The notes under the pieces: model-generated
The model's input: only the letters and a program-made list of their open reading frames with translations
What the model was told of the DNA's origin: nothing
The model's database searches: none
Shown: in pieces, positions 57,741-64,000 of the stretch
Layout of the letters: each line of letters begins with the position of its first letter
Position numbering within the stretch: the stretch's first letter is position 1
NCBI GenBank assembly: GCA_963845065.1
Contig: CAWJQQ010000009.1
Span: forward strand, 160,001-224,000
Length of the DNA stretch: 64,000 nt
Reading direction: 5' to 3'
Source of the DNA: Nitrospirota bacterium
GTDB lineage: Bacteria; Nitrospirota; UBA9217
Position numbers and translations under genes: made by a program

Positions 57741-60410
57741 TTATTTTATCATGTAACCGTTGAGCACTTCTCTGATCTTATTGAGAAACTCCTGCGGAGA
57801 TGCCGGCTTCGCAATGAACTGGCTTCCAGCAGGGAGTCCTTCCTGCTGCACCTTGTCCGCAGTATAGCCGCTTGAAAAGATCACTTTGGTCCCGGACTTT
57901 ATCCTCTGTATTTCATCATATACATCTTTTCCGCTCTTCTTCGGCATGATCATGTCAATGACACAGACCTGTATTTCGTCCTTCCGCTCTGCAAACCTTC
58001 TTATAGCTTCTTCCCCGTCTTCTGCAATCACGACAGTATAGCCATATTCAGTCAGGAGATCTCTAAAGAAAGCCCGCAATGTCGCGTCATCCTCGGCAAG
58101 CAAGATCGTCTCGGTTCCTGTCATCACAGGTGATGTAGCTATAGTTTTTTCTCGTTGTTCTCCCTGTCCACTATAGATAGGGAGGTATATCTTGAATGTC
58201 GTACCCATGCCAGCCTTGCTGTAGAAATTGATATAGCCTTTATGCTGTTTGACAATCCCATAAACGATAGCCATACCCAGCCCCGTTCCACGTCCTACCT
58301 CCTTGGTCGTAAAGAAAGGCTCGAAGATTTTTTGCTTCGTCTTCTCATCCATGCCAATGCCCGTATCTGTGACCGAGATCACCGCGTAGGTATCCGGAGT
58401 ACCGAATCCATGGTTACTGATAAATGCGTCGGTCATTTCCATCAGATCCGTCTCAATGGTCAGTTGCCCTCCCTTCGGCATAGCATCACGGGCGTTCGTT
58501 GCCAGGTTCATCAACACTTGTTCCATCTGACCGTTGTCGGCCATGATGACCGGGTCACTATGAAAGATCGTCTTCATATCGATATCTTCACCGATGATCC
58601 TGCGAAGGAACTGCTCCTGTCCAGTAATGATTCCATTCAGAGGTGTCGGCTTCATGTTTAGGACCTGTTTTCTGCTGAAGGCGAGGAGACTGTTGGTAAG
58701 TTGGGCGGCCCGGCCTGCTGATTTGAGAATTTGGTCCACATTAATCCGAAGCGGATCATTTGCTGACATTTTCATCTGGAGAATGCTCCCGTAGCCGATG
58801 ATCGCAGTGAGGATATTATTGAAGTCGTGGGCCACCCCGCCGGCAAGTTGACCGATAGACTCCATCTTCTGTGCTTGAAACAATTGTGTCTGGAGCCGCT
58901 CGTGCTCTTCCTCGCTGTGTCTCCGTTCCGTGACGTCGAGGACGGCACCGACGGTGCGTACAGGACGGCGCGCTTCGCCTTTGCCTTCAAAAAACGTTTG
59001 CGATCGCTCCTTCAGCCAGCGGACAGTACCGTCGCGGAGTATAATCCGGTGCTCAACGTCCCAAATGCCATCTCCCAATGGGTCGTGAGCGCGACGGACA
59101 GTCGACAAGATCCTCTCGCGATCCTCAGGGTAGACGAGATCGAAAAACGCTTGCAAGGTTATTGGTTCATCGGGGCCCCAGCCATGGATTACCCGTTGCT
59201 GCGGCGACCAGTAAATGGTGTCGGTACGCTGGTCGTGATCGAAAATGCCGATCTGAGAAACACCGATCGCCGCCCGCAATCTCTCCTCGCTTTCGCGCAG
59301 CGCCTGTTCTGCCTGTTTAAGGCTGCTAATGTCGCGCACGAATGCGCAGCTGTACTCCTGCTCGCCGAATGCAACGTAACTGGCTGTGACCTCTACAGGG
59401 AATAGGGACCCGTTCTTCCGCTGATGAGTGGTTTCGAACGTGAGCACCTTTGCATGAATAAGGTTCTGCCAGAAAGTATTCCACATCTCGGGCGGGAACT
59501 TGGGGTCAATGTCCGGAATGGACCTGTTCAGAAGTTCCTCGCGGGTGTATCCGAGCGACTGGCACGCCTGATCGTTGACGTAGGACATCCGGCTGTCGCG
59601 CATGATCCAGAAGCAGCCGATAGAGGCCCGATCAATGGCGAACTGGGTGAGATGCAACGCCTTCTCAACCCGCTTGCGCTCGGTAACATCCCGAAAACTC
59701 CACACTCTACCAACATTCTTGCCTTCAAGACGGTGCGGGATAGAATAGCGCTCGAAAATGCGGCCATCCTTAAACGCTATTTCATCGAAACTCTCATCAT
59801 CCGGCTTATTGTACAACTCTCTGATTTTAAGAACGAATGTCTCCGGGTACTTCAATTGGTCAAGGACATGCTGAATGAGCCGATTATCGTCCTTTTGTTC
59901 CATCAGATCAGGTGGAATGTTCCAAAGTTCCGTGAATTTGGTGTTAAAATCGACAACTTTTCCCTGGTTGTTGACAACGAGGATTCCGTCCGCAGTGGAT
60001 TCCAGTGTGGCCCGCTTGAGGGAGAGTGATTCCTTAAGACGCTCTTCGGCCTGCTTGCGCTCAGTGATGTCCCGAATAAAAATGCCTGTACGTAGCTCGC
60101 CGTTGGCGTCCGTGAACACCGCCGAAGACAGCTCGGCCGTAAGGGGACTTTTATCTTTTCGCAACATCCTTAGGGTACCCGAGAAACTGCCAGTCCGATG
60201 GCGCTGTTCCAGAGCCTCAGAGAGTCCGGGGTCTGAAGGATCCACTACCGCACTGCGCCCCAAGGTCCGGAACTCGTCAAGCGTGTATCCGAAAAGCGCG
60301 CAAGCGGCCGGGTTAGCGTATAAAATTGTCCCCTCTGGGCTCGTGAGGAATACTGCATCCAAGGCATACTCCAAAAGCGCGCCGTACGCTTTTTCTGTTT
60401 GAAGGGGCAT
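57741..60410 (-). CDS. Cytoplasmic hybrid histidine kinase (4 PAS, HisKA/HATPase, REC)
   Basis: Repeated PAS/PAC ends (RDITERK), LAGGVAHDFNN, GRGTGLG, receiver domain (EDD, DMIMP, KP). Confidence 0.93.
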   Translation of the reverse strand: MPLQTEKAYGALLEYALDAVFLTSPEGTILYANPAACALFGYTLDEFRTLGRSAVVDPSDPGLSEALEQRHRTGSFSGTLRMLRKDKSPLTAELSSAVFTDANGELRTGIFIRDITERKQAEERLKESLSLKRATLESTADGILVVNNQGKVVDFNTKFTELWNIPPDLMEQKDDNRLIQHVLDQLKYPETFVLKIRELYNKPDDESFDEIAFKDGRIFERYSIPHRLEGKNVGRVWSFRDVTERKRVEKALHLTQFAIDRASIGCFWIMRDSRMSYVNDQACQSLGYTREELLNRSIPDIDPKFPPEMWNTFWQNLIHAKVLTFETTHQRKNGSLFPVEVTASYVAFGEQEYSCAFVRDISSLKQAEQALRESEERLRAAIGVSQIGIFDHDQRTDTIYWSPQQRVIHGWGPDEPITLQAFFDLVYPEDRERILSTVRRAHDPLGDGIWDVEHRIILRDGTVRWLKERSQTFFEGKGEARRPVRTVGAVLDVTERRHSEEEHERLQTQLFQAQKMESIGQLAGGVAHDFNNILTAIIGYGSILQMKMSANDPLRINVDQILKSAGRAAQLTNSLLAFSRKQVLNMKPTPLNGIITGQEQFLRRIIGEDIDMKTIFHSDPVIMADNGQMEQVLMNLATNARDAMPKGGQLTIETDLMEMTDAFISNHGFGTPDTYAVISVTDTGIGMDEKTKQKIFEPFFTTKEVGRGTGLGMAIVYGIVKQHKGYINFYSKAGMGTTFKIYLPIYSGQGEQREKTIATSPVMTGTETILLAEDDATLRAFFRDLLTEYGYTVVIAEDGEEAIRRFAERKDEIQVCVIDMIMPKKSGKDVYDEIQRIKSGTKVIFSSGYTADKVQQEGLPAGSQFIAKPASPQEFLNKIREVLNGYMIK

Positions 60411-61037
60411 GATATTACCCTCCTATTGCGAGATCTTGTGAGCGATACTGTAAGTATATTGTATTTTCCTATTGTAGCATAGACAATGTCTTCTACAAAC
60501 TGATTTTAACAACTGGAGTATAGAAGGAAATGTGCGGATCAACAGCGATGCCGACTGTAAAATCGCCACCATCGTCTGTTGATGTCTGATCGCGATGGCC
60601 TTAACGAATTCGGATTGATATTTTACGTGGCGTTGGCGATAATCGAAACGAGGACGATTTCGGTAATGGTGTCCCCGTCATAAATTTAAAAAAAATCCTA
60701 AAGTTTCCTTTTTTTGACGCTTCTCTGATTCGAGCAAAGCCGACTGCCCCTACAGAACCTATAAAAAAAAGAAGCGGCAAACATTTGCATCATTAATAAC
60801 TTGTCACTCCTGTATGCACCTATAAGCCAATTAACTTTGAAAAAGAGAAAGAAAAAGAGAAAATAGAATGATATAAAATAATTAATAATAACAAGGGCAA
60901 AAGAAAGCAAGAAATCTCAAAAACTATTGCGTTATTAATTATTGAACATTACCTATTGTCTTTACAATTTCCTCATGGTACTTTTTGTGATACTATTGAA
61001 GTTAGATGGCGAGAATTTTCCGGGGAAGGACAGGGCA

Positions 61038-61517
61038 ATGCGAAAGATTTTGATCGGTGTTCACGACAAGTACTGCTCCATGCGTGCCGTGGAATTCATG
61101 GGAAAACAATTTGCACTCAATAACAACCTCGAGGTTCTGCTTGTGCACGTGCTTCCAAGTCTTCCAGCCATGTTCTGGGACGAGGGCCACATCCTCACCG
61201 AGACAGAGAAACAGGATCGGCAGAAGGTCGTTGACACCTGGATCGCGAAACAGCAGGAAATGATCGAACCCATCCTGCAGTCCATGGTGCGCGACCTCGT
61301 CAAGAGCGGGCTTCGGGCCGAGCAGGTGAAGACCAAGTTCATCTCCGGTTCGGTCGATGTGGCGGACAGCCTCCTGGACGAGTCAAGGGCCGGCGAATAC
61401 GAGGTCATCCTACTGGGACGTTGCGGGATTCACGAGGGAAAGCACCTGCTCGTGGGCAGCATCGCAAGCAAACTCATCCAAAACGCGGCCGATCTGGCGG
61501 TATGCATCGTTCAGTAG
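61038..61517 (+). CDS. Universal stress protein
   Basis: KILIGV, LVHV, ILLGRCG...VGSIASKLI motifs. Confidence 0.88.
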   Translation: MRKILIGVHDKYCSMRAVEFMGKQFALNNNLEVLLVHVLPSLPAMFWDEGHILTETEKQDRQKVVDTWIAKQQEMIEPILQSMVRDLVKSGLRAEQVKTKFISGSVDVADSLLDESRAGEYEVILLGRCGIHEGKHLLVGSIASKLIQNAADLAVCIVQ

Positions 61518-61688
61518 TATCCGAAGAGGCTCCGTCCGGAAGATACTCGTGATACTAAGTAGTCCTGTTCGTAAGTTCGGTGACGTATTCTCGATTATGC
61601 GCATTTCAACAAAACGTCCCCCAGGGCCTATTAAAATTTTAGATTGTCTATCAAAGATTTCCTCGTGAGACACGATAACAGCCCTTCA

Positions 61689-61930
61689 TTAGTTAATATT
61701 TATTTTTTTAAATACAAAATCTCCACCATCATGGCCGGAATTCTTGATAGTGTTATACTCGGGCACTTGATCTGATTTGCCCGCAATACTTTTCTTAATG
61801 TAACCGTAATAAAGCTCTTCGGCCGTAAAAGAGGTCTTATCTTCCTCCTTTAGGGCTTTTAAAAAGGCATCGGCAAAGACTGAATGACCGCCGTTGCCAC
61901 TGTCAGAAACCGGCTCATTTCCTCCGCTTT
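61689..61930 (-). pseudogene. Caspase-domain C-terminal remnant
   Basis: SGGNEPVSD...HSVFA.A.L.ALKE.DK.SFTAEEL...NSGH.GGDFVF matches the 44797-45020 part of the intact gene; no catalytic dyad. Confidence 0.8.
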
Positions 61931-62048
61931 GAGGCGTTGACTGACACATCCGTCATTGTATTTTAACACGTCTTTGGTGCCCATTTTTACCATCAAACCT
62001 CATACCCGTGTAAAGGCTTGCTACAAACACTAAGTCCACGCTATTTGC

Positions 62049-62756
62049 TCACTGGCGCTGCTGAATAAATACCCTGATAGCCTCCCGGTCCTCGTGTGAG
62101 ACTTGGTCGAATATAATACCAGCACCGGGTCGGGCCACGATCTTCTTTTCTGGCGCTGTTGGGCTGGCAATGACGCTCCGGTCAAAGTTACAAACGATAC
62201 GATTAATAGAGCGACCAATGGCAACTATCGGGCGCTTCCCCTGGGAAAGAGAGAAATGCATTGTAATTCGCGTATTGACGGGGGGAGGCGCAAGAGTGCT
62301 GATAAAAAGACCGTTCTCGCTCAAATCAAGGATTGTGCTCTGAAACAGATTTCCGTCAAACTCGTACTCGACCGACATGTTCACTCTGATCCGGGGCGAC
62401 GACCGCCTACTCGAACCCAGGTAGAGAACATTGTTAATTCTAGCAATGATTTCTTCCGCACTCATCCCGGGATTAATGAGGAACGAGGGTATATCGGCTG
62501 AGTTCTGAACGTTCTCCTCGACGACCAAATAGCCCCTGGCGTTTGCCAACGACTCGATCAGAGAATCATCGCGAAAGCAGCCTGTAAGATCTGCGCTCGC
62601 AATGATCACATCATAATCCTGCAATCGACAGTCTTTGATCGACGGAACAGCAGCAGGGCTAATCACATCGATGTCAAACTCTGTGCTGCGGAGAAGGGCT
62701 GCAAGGTGCGTTCTGATATATTCGCTTGTACCGACAAGCGCTATCCGGAATGCCAT
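62049..62756 (-). CDS. PilZ domain protein
   Basis: RRSSPR (RxxxR) and DLSENG (DxSxxG) c-di-GMP-binding motifs. Confidence 0.85.
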   Translation of the reverse strand: MAFRIALVGTSEYIRTHLAALLRSTEFDIDVISPAAVPSIKDCRLQDYDVIIASADLTGCFRDDSLIESLANARGYLVVEENVQNSADIPSFLINPGMSAEEIIARINNVLYLGSSRRSSPRIRVNMSVEYEFDGNLFQSTILDLSENGLFISTLAPPPVNTRITMHFSLSQGKRPIVAIGRSINRIVCNFDRSVIASPTAPEKKIVARPGAGIIFDQVSHEDREAIRVFIQQRQ

Positions 62757-62757
62757 G

Positions 62758-64000
62758 TCATGGTCCTTTCCTTTTCAGTAGTTCGCCGTTAGCAATCCCC
62801 GTGTTGATGTCAGCCAACATGTTGCGATGCTGTGTCTTCACCCGTTCGGCCACGGTATACTGTACATCGCTTTTGTTCAGAATATCGCGGTAGTCGCTCT
62901 TCCGCGACAGGAGGATCAGCCCGCCGCTGAACACGAGCGTGACGATCTGTCCCTTTTCCATGCCGAGGTCCTCGGTCTGGACATGCAGCTTCGTTCCCTG
63001 CCACAATACTTCCTCTTGAAGGGAAATCTGCACTCGTGAATTGCTTACTCCCTTGTGGACGGCATTGAGTGCATCGTCAGGCTCCGCAGGTGAAACAGGA
63101 AAGGCCGGGGAAGTTTCACTGGTCAACCTGGCCGCCATATGTGTAAATGCCTGGGTGATGGTAGAATCAGCGTCTAGAAAAAGTGGTTTCATCTTTCGAA
63201 TAGAATTTTCCACATTTACGTTGTAGGCTAGTACGCCGAGCAGCGGGATATTTACATTCAAGTATTGGTAGGCAACCCCTCCCAGCGCCTTATTCACCCG
63301 CTGACCCTCGCTCTCCGTCGCCATGTTCACGATCAGCTGGTATCGGCTTTCACCTAAAAGCGTATTCGCCTGCTCCGCTTTGGTGGGATCGATCCCTTTA
63401 AGATGCTCGAAAATCTGCTTTATGTTCCTGAACCGGTCTTTGTCATTAAAGGCAGTCGTCACTTCATGCTTAAGGGAAGTATCTCCAGTAAAGAGAGCCA
63501 GGATCCTGCGGTGCACTGCCATCTTCAGGAATGCGTAAGCGTTCTGCAGCGCCGTGGGAGAAGGAGTTGTAACGATGATACCGGTATCAGCGGCATTGAA
63601 GAAGTCGAGATTGTTGAGGCTCGAGCCAGCCCCTATGTCGATGACAATCGTATCCGCATTCAAACGCGTGATTTCGGATATGATTTTTTGCTTCTGGGCG
63701 TATTGTGGATTAGCAATCTCCAGGAGATCGGAGGCTCCACATATCAATGAAAGGTTGGGAAGCTGCGTCGGGAGCAGAATGTCGGCGAACGTCGCCACGT
63801 TCTTTTTAAGATAGTCGGCGAGCGTCCGTTCGGGATATTTGATTCCGAAAAGAATGTGGAGATTTGCGCCCGCGAGGTCCGCATCCACAAGGATGACGGA
63901 ACGCCCGTTCTCAGCAAGTCCGCAGGCAAGGTTGGACGCAAAGAAACTTTTACCTACCCCGCCCTTGCCGCCGCCGATAGCAATGATGGTGCTTTGCAGT
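62758..64000 (-). CDS. MinD/FlhG-like P-loop ATPase with C-terminal extension (start outside the window)
   Basis: IIAIGGGKGGVGKS at the window edge; DADLAGANLH, IDIGAG and TP.PTALQNAYAFLK motifs. Confidence 0.88.
   Translation of the reverse strand, partial: LQSTIIAIGGGKGGVGKSFFASNLACGLAENGRSVILVDADLAGANLHILFGIKYPERTLADYLKKNVATFADILLPTQLPNLSLICGASDLLEIANPQYAQKQKIISEITRLNADTIVIDIGAGSSLNNLDFFNAADTGIIVTTPSPTALQNAYAFLKMAVHRRILALFTGDTSLKHEVTTAFNDKDRFRNIKQIFEHLKGIDPTKAEQANTLLGESRYQLIVNMATESEGQRVNKALGGVAYQYLNVNIPLLGVLAYNVNVENSIRKMKPLFLDADSTITQAFTHMAARLTSETSPAFPVSPAEPDDALNAVHKGVSNSRVQISLQEEVLWQGTKLHVQTEDLGMEKGQIVTLVFSGGLILLSRKSDYRDILNKSDVQYTVAERVKTQHRNMLADINTGIANGELLKRKGP

Overview
Bacterial accessory region of mosaic GC content. 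The gene content suggests a flagellated anaerobe, tentatively Nitrospirota- or Desulfobacterota-like (inference only). No rRNA, tRNA or CRISPR array was found. The left ~39 kb is a mostly minus-strand patchwork of stand-alone cargo genes (DUF1801, DUF1499, DinB x2, DUF899, SDR/MDR oxidoreductases, BrnT/BrnA and MazF TA pairs, TrmO, nitroreductase, methyltransferase, a hybrid kinase). It also holds a cyclic beta-1,2-glucan synthase, a tyrosine recombinase + IS91-type transposase element, an IS110 remnant and a truncated TnpB. Three good and several degenerate attC-like sites occur without a true IntI. The most unusual observation is a dispersed, co-oriented, diverged non-coding repeat family (9 clearer copies plus partial ones, ~100-230 bp alignable by eye). 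It has fixed-spaced motifs (CACNTC-type ... 35 bp ... CTACAAG ... 56-59 bp ... CACATGAAC) and begins exactly at the G/TT crossover of all three well-formed attC sites. One copy is split by the recombinase/IS91 element, which carries its own attC-like hairpin. The right ~25 kb holds a PIN/PD-(D/E)XK-like cluster, a sigma28-preceded DUF4384 + secreted caspase-TPR pair with IS608-like miniature elements, and a sigma54-preceded membrane protein pair. It also holds a tandemly duplicated small-ORF unit behind 3x47-bp repeats, a heme/two-CW sensor kinase, acyl-CoA ligase and dehydrogenase, an MCP, a PAS hybrid kinase, a USP, a PilZ protein and an FlhG/MinD-like ATPase. All alignments were made by eye, so repeat boundaries are approximate.
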